64,000 nucleotides of DNA, from positions 3,128 to 67,127 of the IMG/VR virus record IMGVR_UViG_3300031578_009495. One strand, written 5' to 3'. Each line of letters opens with the position of its first letter. The stretch's first letter is position 1. Made by a program: the position numbers and the translations under genes. This document shows, piece after piece, positions 56,314-64,000 of the stretch. The notes under the pieces were generated by a model. The model was not told where the DNA came from, did not search any database, and saw only the letters and a list, made by a program, of their open reading frames with translations. The stretch is from a virus.

Positions 56314-56351
56314 TTATTTCTGAACCCACCAGCATCAACATCATGATAGTA

Positions 56352-56407
56352 TCTCTTTCTCTTTCTCTTTCTCTTTCTCTTTCTCTTTCTCTTTCTCTTT
56401 CTCTTTC
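56352..56407. repeat. (TCTCTT)n microsatellite, about 9 units
   Basis: read directly. Confidence 0.9.
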
Positions 56408-56412
56408 AGACA

Positions 56413-56454
56413 TGAGTCCTCATTGAATATTCAATGAGGACTCAATGAGTCCTC
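56413..56454. repeat. 32-bp perfect palindrome plus overlapping second palindrome
   Basis: TGAGTCCTCATTGAATATTCAATGAGGACTCA (56413-56444); GAGGACTCA-A-TGAGTCCTC (56436-56454). Confidence 0.9.
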
Positions 56455-56463
56455 CTTCATCCT

Positions 56464-56769
56464 TCGAACGTAAAAGCTCAAAATCAAAAACCGTGCCAAC
56501 TATTCAGCGAAATAAGTAACCTGGCCATTTCAATCTCTGTTTATACAGGCCATCAGTTCCCCTCAGTTAAAAACTCAAAACCCCATATCATCCTATTCAA
56601 TACTTTTGAATTTAGTAATATCTGCAATCAAATCAACATATTACAGTACAAGTAAAATGATGATTTTTGAATAAATCGCTGTTTATGCAGTCTCTCAGTA
56701 AAAGAAAAACTATCGAACGTAAAAGCTCAAAATCAAAAACCGTGCCAACTATTCAGCGAAATAAGTAAC
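56464..56769. repeat. 57-bp exact direct repeat (56464-56520 and 56713-56769)
   Basis: read directly; contains TTGGCACGGTTTTTGAT on the minus strand. Confidence 0.9.
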
Positions 56770-56830
56770 AATTGTATTTTTTAATATATGTAGTTGTCAA
56801 GCAAATAATAAAAAATAATTAACAATTCAT

Positions 56831-56857
56831 CCCACGACTGAAGTGCGTGGGCTTTCT
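56831..56857 (-). repeat. solo IS200/IS605-type end hairpin
   Basis: CCCACGACTGAAGTGCGTGGGCTTTCT, near-identical to 55859-55885. Confidence 0.7.
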
Positions 56858-56905
56858 TGCCTAAAACGTCGTAACTAAAGAAAATAATTAAAATAATTTA
56901 AAAAC

Positions 56906-56948
56906 ATTGCATTATTTCCTTGACAAATGTATTTTTAATCCTTATTAT
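56906..56948 (+). promoter_or_regulatory. early-region sigma70 promoter with conserved upstream element
   Basis: 24 bp identical to 1142-1165; TTGACA-17-TATTAT. Confidence 0.7.
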
Positions 56949-56990
56949 TAAATTAACAAAACAATTAACCTCAAAAATGAAGGAGAGAAC

Positions 56991-57134
56991 ATGAATAACA
57001 CAGAGAGCAAGCTCAAAATAACATGGCACAATGACTACACCACATACCATGAGGGAAGGTATGAAGAATTAGCCGATATGCTGGCCAGGGCGAAGACAGA
57101 CCTGTCATACAGGGATCATCTCTGGATAGCATAA
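56991..57134 (+). CDS. 47-aa hypothetical protein (not in the ORF track)
   Basis: SD AAGGAG; first ORF after the promoter. Confidence 0.5.
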   Translation: MNNTESKLKITWHNDYTTYHEGRYEELADMLARAKTDLSYRDHLWIA

Positions 57135-57251
57135 TAATCTAACAGCACCGGCCTCGGGAGGGGCCGGGAGAGGTAAATATCATGGCAAAAACAGAATAAC
57201 ATGGATATCAAGGAAATAATAAAAAAGGAGGCATTTAAAATCGGAGGCTAT

Positions 57252-57286
57252 GTCAATAACCCACGACTAAAGTACGTGGGTTTCCT
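57252..57286. repeat. solo IS200/IS605-type end hairpin
   Basis: GTCAATAACCCACGACTAAAGTACGTGGGTTTCCT. Confidence 0.7.
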
Positions 57287-57301
57287 GCCCGGAGGTAAAT
57301 C

Positions 57302-57667
57302 ATGAATCTAAGTTGGCAAGAAGGATTAGAAGAGGCAAGTAAAAGAATGTCGGCTCCAAAAGAAAAACCAAAAGAGCAGATAAAAAACTACAATGTCAAT
57401 GGAGCGACAGAGCGGATTATGATAAAATCTTTGTATAACCTTTATGAATTAGATAAACTTGTTAAAAGAACCGGATTGAGCGGACTTGTGTCAAGGATAG
57501 AACCGATTGGAGAGTCATATTATCAAATTGATATGGTAAAGAAACCGGTCCTTGTTAGAGGAGATGAGACACAAAGAAATGTGTTGGAACTTTTGGGGCA
57601 GGTGGTTGCAAGTGCAAACGGATTGCACTGGAGCTTGGAGAAAAAAGAAGACACAGGATATTATTAG
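57302..57667 (+). CDS. hypothetical early protein
   Basis: SD GGAGGT. Confidence 0.6.
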   Translation: MNLSWQEGLEEASKRMSAPKEKPKEQIKNYNVNGATERIMIKSLYNLYELDKLVKRTGLSGLVSRIEPIGESYYQIDMVKKPVLVRGDETQRNVLELLGQVVASANGLHWSLEKKEDTGYY

Positions 57668-57685
57668 AGGAGGCAACGAAACAGA

Positions 57686-58063
57686 ATGATATATACACAA
57701 AATGATATAGATAACAATCCTCTGTACGAGGAAGTAATGGAAGAAATAAATGAATTGCATGAAGAAATGGACGAGCCGGACGAATTTGATCCGGACGAAA
57801 CAAAACGAACAACAACCGGCAACCAACTAGATCCATTTTGGGATGCTGGAAATATCGGCGAATGGGATGAAGAGGAAGAAGAGGTAGTTGAGAATGCACA
57901 AGGGCAGCTCAACTGTGTGTATGCCGGACTCGGGTTATATGGTAATGGTGGGATATCTCACTATTACCGGTCTTCGGAATGGGTTGAGTTTGTTGAGCTG
58001 GCAGAAGATATCATAGATAGATACCACGCAGATGGCGCCTATGAAAATCTGTGTGAGCAATAA
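57686..58063 (+). CDS. acidic hypothetical early protein
   Basis: SD GAGGAGG; Asp/Glu-rich. Confidence 0.6.
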   Translation: MIYTQNDIDNNPLYEEVMEEINELHEEMDEPDEFDPDETKRTTTGNQLDPFWDAGNIGEWDEEEEEVVENAQGQLNCVYAGLGLYGNGGISHYYRSSEWVEFVELAEDIIDRYHADGAYENLCEQ

Positions 58064-58105
58064 CCGACCTCAGCAAGTCTAAACTGCTGGAAAGTAGGGA
58101 ATATT

Positions 58106-58333
58106 ATGCTACCACAAGAATTTTGGGCGGCACGATATAGGGAGACTGAAAGCTACCATATCCGGTCAGCAGGATATGAATTTCTTGGCACCGACAAAAA
58201 AACAGGGAATCTGCTATGGGAGAAAAATGGTAGGGTGATGGCTGAATGCCCCGGCGCTGGACGTAATTGGATATCTACTGGCGGGAAATTTAAAGAAATT
58301 AAAAATAAGGAAGGAGGTGGAGAATATGCATGA
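58106..58333 (+). CDS. hypothetical protein
   Basis: 75 aa. Confidence 0.5.
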   Translation: MLPQEFWAARYRETESYHIRSAGYEFLGTDKKTGNLLWEKNGRVMAECPGAGRNWISTGGKFKEIKNKEGGGEYA

Positions 58334-58796
58334 ATATGTAAGGAGATGCAACGCCATAAAAACGGGAGTTGGAGTTCTCAAAATAGACGATAAAATAGAG
58401 CTATGGACACGTAGCGCAACGGGTGTCGGTTTCCAGATCGATGGGCACAGAGATATTAAAGCAAATAGCACTATAATAATTAAGGCCAAACTCAATGATA
58501 AGTACGTATGCCCTAGAAAGCTGAAAAATAGAAAAGTCTTTTATCGGTTTTATACTGGAAAAGATAAAAACGGCATAAATAGGCGCTATTTATATCTGGC
58601 GGCCAGGAGCAATGATTTTGTGTATCGAGGTAGCAGGCTCATTATGCTAACTAGGAGCAATGGTGCCTCCCTTCTTTTGGAAAAATCATTGAGAGAACGA
58701 TTAAATATCCTGCGTAAAGATTACTATGGAGGTTATCAGCCTGATTTCTCAGCCGATAACCTAGCGGCAGAACTTTTCCCAGAAGAAGGGTATTGA
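58326..58796 (+). CDS. hypothetical protein
   Basis: SD GGAGGTGG favours ATG 58326. Confidence 0.55.
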   Translation: MHEYVRRCNAIKTGVGVLKIDDKIELWTRSATGVGFQIDGHRDIKANSTIIIKAKLNDKYVCPRKLKNRKVFYRFYTGKDKNGINRRYLYLAARSNDFVYRGSRLIMLTRSNGASLLLEKSLRERLNILRKDYYGGYQPDFSADNLAAELFPEEGY

Positions 58797-58934
58797 AAAC
58801 ATGAAATCTCGGACGACCATCTGGAGACACCAGGTTGGGAAAAGCAAGAAATATTATCCTAAAGGGTTGACAGATAGTATCTGATATGATATATTTCATT
58901 AACTTTTATTAATTTGCTTGACAAGGGGGATAAA

Positions 58935-59534
58935 ATGAAATATATTGTAAGTAGAAAAGCGGCAGAAACATTAGGCGTGCATCCAAATACTTTACGAAAA
59001 TGGGCGAAAGAAGGTAAAATTGAATTTATCACAGCAGCTTCAGGACAGCGTAGATACAATGTCGATGGATATCTTGGGACGGCAAAACAACTTGAGACAG
59101 TTTGTTATTGCCGAGTTTCCAGCTACAAGCAAAAAGACGATCTTGAACGACAGGTTGAGTTTATGTCCGAAAAATACCCTGACGCCAGAATCGTTAAAGA
59201 TATCGGTTCAGGGCTTGGATTCAAAAGAAAAGGCCTTTTATCCATTTTGGAATCAGCATGCTCAGGAGATAGCATCTCACTTGTGGTTGCCTATAAAGAC
59301 AGACTTGCAAGATGGGGATACGATATTATCAAATGGATTGTTGAACGCAGCGGTGGAAAAATCGTGGTTCTCAACAGAATTGAATTATCCCCGGAGTCCG
59401 AGCTCACTAATGATTTGTTATCCATACTTCATGTCTTCTCATGCAGAATGCACGGACTTAGAAGCTACAAGCTCAAAATTGCTAAGGATTTCACCGACAA
59501 AGGAACAAAAAAAGATATTCAAAGCATGGACTGA
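58935..59534 (+). CDS. tnpA: IS607 TnpA serine recombinase
   Basis: MerR-like HTH AAETLGVHPNTLRKW, CYCRVSS (catalytic Ser), KDIGSG, DRLARWG. Confidence 0.93.
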   Translation: MKYIVSRKAAETLGVHPNTLRKWAKEGKIEFITAASGQRRYNVDGYLGTAKQLETVCYCRVSSYKQKDDLERQVEFMSEKYPDARIVKDIGSGLGFKRKGLLSILESACSGDSISLVVAYKDRLARWGYDIIKWIVERSGGKIVVLNRIELSPESELTNDLLSILHVFSCRMHGLRSYKLKIAKDFTDKGTKKDIQSMD

Positions 59535-60567
59535 TTGCAGCAGATATGTGTTTAATCAAACTTTTGATTATATCAGATCGTGTATAGGCTGGACACCGAC
59601 ATGGATGGATATTAAAAAAGACATGTTAAAACAGTTGCCTTTATGGTGCAAGCCCGTTCCGTTTCAGATTAAAGGCATCGCTGTTAAAGAAGCCTGTGAT
59701 GCTTTTTGGAAAGCCAAAGGTGATCCTAAGTTTAGATCAAGAAAGAGTCCCGAGCAAAGTTGTTTTATCCCGAAAACAGCATTAAGTTTAAACGGTATTT
59801 ATCCAAGGATATCAGGTAAAGGTTTATATTTCCAGGAAAAATTACCTGATGATCATAAAGACAGCCGGTTAATCTGGCGTTTTGAAAAGTGGTGGATGGC
59901 TGTTCCTTACAAAGAAAAACTATCTATCGGCGAGAACCAAGCCAAAATAGTTTCTCTTGACCCAGGGATTCGATCATTCATCACTTTTTATTCTCCTGAA
60001 TATAGCGGGCATCTTGGCAAGGGAGATTTTAGCAGAATTCAGCGTTTGTGTTTTCATTTAGACAATCTTATTTCAAAAAGAGATTTAACTATCGGTAAAC
60101 AAAAACGCAGATCGCTTACAAAAGCATCCAGGCGAATGCGTGCTAAAATCAAACATTTAATAGCAGAACTTCATCACAAAACAGCTAAATTCCTGACTGA
60201 TAATTTTGACGTGATCTTGCTACCTACGTTTGAAACAAAGCGAATGACAAGCAAAATAGGCCGCAAGCTTCGCAAGAAAAGCGTTCGATCAATGCTGACT
60301 TTTTCGCATTATAAATTCAAACAATTTTTAAAGTGGAAAGCCTTTCAGACAGGAAAAACAGTTGTTGATTGTGATGAATCGTACACCAGTAAAACACACC
60401 CGCAAACAGGCGAAATCAAGAATATTGGTTCAGCCAAGTGGATTAAGTTACTGGACGGGTCAAGAGCAGATAGGGATCAGGTAGGAGCGAGAAATATTCT
60501 GATTAAGTTTTTGTCAGAACATTTCTCTTTGGGAGATACCCCCATGCCAGAAATGGTGTGCAGTTAA
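59431..60567 (+). CDS. tnpB: IS607 TnpB with rearranged RuvC-II (Fanzor2-like); start uncertain
   Basis: SLDPGIRSF (D), ILLPTF in place of the Glu, CDESYTSKT, DRDQVGARNI. Confidence 0.88.
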   Translation: MSSHAECTDLEATSSKLLRISPTKEQKKIFKAWTDCSRYVFNQTFDYIRSCIGWTPTWMDIKKDMLKQLPLWCKPVPFQIKGIAVKEACDAFWKAKGDPKFRSRKSPEQSCFIPKTALSLNGIYPRISGKGLYFQEKLPDDHKDSRLIWRFEKWWMAVPYKEKLSIGENQAKIVSLDPGIRSFITFYSPEYSGHLGKGDFSRIQRLCFHLDNLISKRDLTIGKQKRRSLTKASRRMRAKIKHLIAELHHKTAKFLTDNFDVILLPTFETKRMTSKIGRKLRKKSVRSMLTFSHYKFKQFLKWKAFQTGKTVVDCDESYTSKTHPQTGEIKNIGSAKWIKLLDGSRADRDQVGARNILIKFLSEHFSLGDTPMPEMVCS

Positions 60568-60721
60568 CGTAAGTTAAGAAAAAAGTATCGGAGACCCGTT
60601 TTTTCGTCAGGAGAGAATCCGACTCTTAATGTTGGCAGTCCCTTTTCATTTTCGCCAGACTGTCATCAACGCATAACAAAACTTGGTTTTATCAATTATA
60701 AGAACAATGGGGGATGTGGTT

Positions 60722-60913
60722 ATGGCAAAACAAGACTATCTAAAAAAGGAAGAGCGCAGGGGGTATCAGTGGCCGGCAAGCGGCTTAACTGGGAATGAAA
60801 TGGCTATTTTGGCGGATTGGCGAGAAAAGACAAAAACGCCCATATCAGAATTATTAAGGCAGGCTGTAGAGAAGATAAACAAGATTATTATCAATCAAAC
60901 AACGTGTAATTAA
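60722..60913 (+). CDS. small DNA-binding (RHH-like) protein
   Basis: MAILADWREKTKTPISELLRQAV. Confidence 0.5.
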   Translation: MAKQDYLKKEERRGYQWPASGLTGNEMAILADWREKTKTPISELLRQAVEKINKIIINQTTCN

Positions 60914-60938
60914 ATCAGAGAACAAGGGAGGGAAAACG

Positions 60939-61226
60939 ATGAAAAGAGTTATTAATAGAAAAGTATATGACACGGAAACGGCCACAGCAATTGCAACAAA
61001 TGACTGGAGCGACGGTAGTAATAAATATAATTGCGGACGTTCTGCAAGCTTATACCGGACAAAAAAAGGTAGTTATTTTGCTGTCCACGAAACGTGTTGG
61101 CAGGGGGAGCACGACTCGATGGAACCACTCTCTGTAGGAGATGCTATCAAATGCTACGAAGAAATGCACGATCAGCGTATCGAATTTGAGGAAGCCTTCC
61201 CGGGAGTAGGCATTGAAGAGGCATAA
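60939..61226 (+). CDS. hypothetical protein
   Basis: SD GGGAGG; INRKVYDTETA..LYRTKKGSYF, a common phage ORF pattern. Confidence 0.65.
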   Translation: MKRVINRKVYDTETATAIATNDWSDGSNKYNCGRSASLYRTKKGSYFAVHETCWQGEHDSMEPLSVGDAIKCYEEMHDQRIEFEEAFPGVGIEEA

Positions 61227-61321
61227 TTAAAAATAATTTAACATGACCCGGCCTCGCAAGGGGCCGGGAAGGAGAGAGGGAACAATATCAAGAATATTGG
61301 ATTGACTCAAAACTCAGAACA

Positions 61322-61903
61322 TTGGAGAGATTAAAAATAGTGATAGATATTCCACATATAACTACTGAATCTGGTAGCCTTAAATCTTTCGTGGACGGTT
61401 ATGTTTTGGGTGAACATGGAGGCTCTGTTTATTATCTGTCTATCTTTGGAGCTGTTGGAGCGACACAGGCCGTGGGTGCAAGTATTGTTTCTAATAAGAT
61501 AGTTCGACTATATGGTGCAGGCGAATACGGAAAAGATCTTTACAGGCAATTCGGGAAGGTTAAGTATCGAATGATTAGCCAGAGATTACCGGTATCTAAA
61601 ATGTTGAGTATGGTTATTCTTTCGGAAAGCTGCATGTTATCGGACGAGCAGGACTTCGTAATTATTATCAAAAATGAGGATCCAAAGGATATTTTGTTTA
61701 GAAATCTTATTCACCGTTCGGAAATTCCGCTGCATTCAGCCTGGAAGGAATGGCTTTGGGAAACCTTTGTGCATTTTGAATGGATAAATGAGTTGCCGGG
61801 TTATAAGATGTCTGGATATGAGGTTTCTTTCGATGATGATGAATTGGCAGATAAGATTGAGAGTGGGATTAAGAATGGGACCATGCCGGAGATAAAGAAA
61901 TGA
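61322..61903 (+). CDS. hypothetical protein
   Basis: 193 aa, TTG start. Confidence 0.55.
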   Translation: MERLKIVIDIPHITTESGSLKSFVDGYVLGEHGGSVYYLSIFGAVGATQAVGASIVSNKIVRLYGAGEYGKDLYRQFGKVKYRMISQRLPVSKMLSMVILSESCMLSDEQDFVIIIKNEDPKDILFRNLIHRSEIPLHSAWKEWLWETFVHFEWINELPGYKMSGYEVSFDDDELADKIESGIKNGTMPEIKK

Positions 61904-62142
61904 TCGTAACAGCGCATGAAGGAAACGACAATTCGGACATGACAAAAATAATAGGCTCCAGCGCTTATGTGACAGCCGTAGGAGAGACTATCCCGGATGG
62001 CTGGTCTCTATATGCCAAGAACGGCAATGACATTAGATACAGCGTAATAGTTGCCTCTGATTATGAGGAAGCGAAAAGGATTAAACGAGAATTGGAGGAA
62101 AAAGAAAATGACCAAAGAACAATTAAAAGAAATAGCAAATGA
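61900..62142 (+). CDS. hypothetical protein
   Basis: coupled ATGA. Confidence 0.5.
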   Translation: MIVTAHEGNDNSDMTKIIGSSAYVTAVGETIPDGWSLYAKNGNDIRYSVIVASDYEEAKRIKRELEEKENDQRTIKRNSK

Positions 62143-62506
62143 ATTACAAACACAGGACAATAGGGTCACAGCAGACCCGCTGTTTTGTGTATTTGAAAAA
62201 GAGCGTATTTATGGAGTGGATCCAGATTACACAGATACATGGGACTGGTGCAATTCTGAAGAGCAATGTTCATGTAAACCAAGCGATTTATGCGAATCGC
62301 ATTCAGACGAATGTAGGAAGGTTTATTACGTAGATCGTGATCGATTTGTAAATGCTCATTTTACTGAAAAAGCCGCAAAACAGCATATTAGAATTAATGG
62401 GCACAATCTAATGAAACCGTTTATTTATGTTACGTCTTTATTTAGATGTTACGAGATGATTGAAATTAGGAATGCACTGTATAACAACGAGTTAGGTGAC
62501 TTATGA
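62108..62506 (+). CDS. hypothetical protein (Ead/Ea22-like region)
   Basis: LQTQDNRVTADPLFCV...FVNAHFTEKAA motif of common phage ORFs; SD GGAGG. Confidence 0.6.
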   Translation: MTKEQLKEIANELQTQDNRVTADPLFCVFEKERIYGVDPDYTDTWDWCNSEEQCSCKPSDLCESHSDECRKVYYVDRDRFVNAHFTEKAAKQHIRINGHNLMKPFIYVTSLFRCYEMIEIRNALYNNELGDL

Positions 62507-62727
62507 TTAAAATAGATATTAGTGAATATAAACCATATAAAGAATTTTACGATCTCCGAAAATTTAAATTATCAAACAGATTATTTAGAAGATTATGGAA
62601 AATACAAGGGACGTTATACGAAATGACTAAAAACCAAATCTATTATAAAAAATGGCATCCTACACAATGGGAGAAAGCTAAGGAATTAAGTGCATATTAT
62701 CAATCGCTATTACTGAAACGCACCTAA
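62503..62727 (+). CDS. hypothetical protein ending in attC4
   Basis: stop TAA lies within R'' ACCTAAC. Confidence 0.5.
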   Translation: MIKIDISEYKPYKEFYDLRKFKLSNRLFRRLWKIQGTLYEMTKNQIYYKKWHPTQWEKAKELSAYYQSLLLKRT

Positions 62728-62824
62728 CACAGCACTGGAGATAACGGAAGAAGGTCAGCAGGAAAGCGTGAAATAATTTATCAGAGATACTGCTCGTCGC
62801 CGTATCTCAGTTATATCGTTAGAC
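62722..62824 (+). other. integron attC site 4
   Basis: R'' ACCTAAC, L'' ACTG(G)AGATA(A)CGG / L' CCGTATCTCAGT, R' GTTAGAC. Confidence 0.75.
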
Positions 62825-62843
62825 GTAAAGGCATAGCAAAAAA

Positions 62844-63629
62844 ATGAAACATGAAATTAAGTTGATCTTTTGTGCGTGTGGATGTGGCGAAAAAATTCCG
62901 AACAGAGACAAGAACGGTGTGAAAAGGCGTTATGTGCATGGACATAATATGATAGTTAGCGCTGATAAGCGATTTTGGGCGAAGGTAAAGAAGTCTAAAG
63001 AAAAAAATGGGTGTTGGGAGTGGACTGGTTGCAAGTATAAGTCTGGAGCTGGCCAATTTCGCTATAACAGAAAAAATGTTTTGGCTCATAATTTTGTTTG
63101 GATGCTTAGGTGTGGAGAGATTCCTAAAGGAAAGCGTGTGATGCAGCAGTGTGGAAATAGGAGTTGTATTAGATCAGACCATCTCTTTTTGGAGAACGAC
63201 GATTGGGAGACACGGTTTTGGAAATATGTGAAGAAATGTGAGAACGGGTGTTGGGAATGGAATGGACACAATAGAAACAGATATGGCTTGTTTGCACGGA
63301 TAAGGGGTGTCACCGAATCTGCACATAGGATTATGTGGGAATTGAAAAATGGACCAATCCCTGAAGGCAAACAAGTATTGCATAAGTGTGATAACCCGCC
63401 ATGTTGTCGCCCTGATCATTTATTCTTAGGAACGATAACAGACAATATGGCCGATATGGTAAAAAAGGGTAGACAGTATAAAAAGATAGAAGATGAAGAT
63501 GTCGTTGAAATAAGACAGAGATATGCTAAGGGAGGTATTTCACAAAGGAAATTAGGAGCAGAGTTCGGAATAAAGCAAATGCAAGTATCAGGAATAGTAA
63601 GAAGAGTTCGGCGAAAAGGAGTATGTTAA
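62844..63629 (+). CDS. tandem double-HNH endonuclease
   Basis: two units CWEWTG..AHNF..CIRSDHL and CWEWNG..AHRIMW..LHKCDNPPCCRPDHLFLGT. Confidence 0.9.
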   Translation: MKHEIKLIFCACGCGEKIPNRDKNGVKRRYVHGHNMIVSADKRFWAKVKKSKEKNGCWEWTGCKYKSGAGQFRYNRKNVLAHNFVWMLRCGEIPKGKRVMQQCGNRSCIRSDHLFLENDDWETRFWKYVKKCENGCWEWNGHNRNRYGLFARIRGVTESAHRIMWELKNGPIPEGKQVLHKCDNPPCCRPDHLFLGTITDNMADMVKKGRQYKKIEDEDVVEIRQRYAKGGISQRKLGAEFGIKQMQVSGIVRRVRRKGVC

Positions 63630-64000
63630 TGGCTAGACTGGCAAGCATAGTAAAATGTGGATTCTTTCCTTCACCTCCAGAAGTGATTAAAACAATAAGT
63701 TCATTTTTAAAGGCGGATGAACCGGTTGGTAGATTGTTAGATCCATGCTGCGGCGACGGAATAGCTTTATCGGATATTGCAATTGGATTGCAGATGAAGG
63801 ATGTAAAAACGTTTGGAGTTGAAATAGACAAAGAAAGAGCGAAGCGTGCCGGTAGTATATTGACAAGGGTAATAAGTGGAGATTTGAATAGAATTCGAGC
63901 AAAACATGGTTCTTTTTCATTAATGTTACTTAACCCTCCGTATCACAAGGATTCAGGAGACGACCAAAGGCTGGAGCATAAATTCCTGACCGAGACGACC
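63629..64000 (+). CDS. N6-adenine DNA methyltransferase-like protein (3'-truncated by the window; not in the ORF track)
   Basis: GFFPSP, LLDPCCGDG, GVEID, LLNPPY. Confidence 0.85.
   Translation, partial: MARLASIVKCGFFPSPPEVIKTISSFLKADEPVGRLLDPCCGDGIALSDIAIGLQMKDVKTFGVEIDKERAKRAGSILTRVISGDLNRIRAKHGSFSLMLLNPPYHKDSGDDQRLEHKFLTETT

Larger units (their letters stand above)
58866..60591 (+). mobile_element. IS607-family element (ends inferred at GG dinucleotides)
   Basis: serine-recombinase tnpA plus tnpB; removing it rejoins a small ORF (…YYPK-G-DPFF…). Confidence 0.8.

Noticed and set aside
56340-56470. Replication-initiator gene with EKEKE linker on the minus strand
   Set aside because: All three minus frames have stops within the palindrome region; no long ORF
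59020-59430. Long N-terminal extension of IS607 TnpB or a TnpA-TnpB frameshift fusion
   Set aside because: It overlaps tnpA in the +1 frame with no recognisable domain or slippery site; most likely an open shadow frame
22975-63792. Further palindrome-like copies at 22975 (2 mismatches) and 63778 (1 mismatch)
   Set aside because: Degenerate and inside coding sequence, so not counted as operators
279-63920. Numerous minus-strand and nested short ORFs in the track
   Set aside because: Shadows of longer + strand genes with recognisable motifs; no SD or family features (tnpB is the exception)
1-64000. Alternative genetic code / stop-codon recoding
   Set aside because: Core genes are full length under code 11 and use TAA, TGA and TAG as stops
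1-64000. tRNA or rRNA genes
   Set aside because: No cloverleaf or rRNA-like segments noticed in the intergenic regions by eye; tRNAscan-SE would be needed to exclude them

Overview
A 64-kb segment of a large, AT-rich tailed dsDNA bacteriophage or prophage, with almost all genes on the + strand. It holds the terminase, a T4-type head module (gp20-like portal with an HNH intein, gp21-like protease fused to a scaffold, gp23-like capsid), neck genes and a siphovirus-style tail (major tail protein candidate, -1 frameshifted chaperone, 955-aa tape measure protein, fibres; no sheath recognised). Lysis genes and the start of an early region follow. About 8 glycosyltransferase genes, 3 methyltransferases and a radical-SAM/GT fusion are embedded among the virion genes. 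Main unusual observations: (1) an ADP-ribosyltransferase-fold protein, a topoisomerase IB and a MuF-like protein between portal and protease share a Gly-rich tag after a T4-protease-type (I/L)xE site; (2) two solitary type I-C CRISPR repeats sit at late-gene junctions, one directly beside a TnpB element; (3) an orphan copy of that TnpB element's omegaRNA lies 11 kb away with a different guide; (4) four integron attC sites show cassette-type core complementarity, with no integrase in the window; (5) an ORF-less group I intron splits the major tail gene and is overlapped by an upstream HNH gene; (6) a 15-bp palindrome recurs at several gene boundaries; (7) an IS607 carries a Fanzor-like TnpB. 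All calls come from manual reading and motif recognition; no database searches were run. No tRNA or rRNA genes and no CRISPR array were seen.
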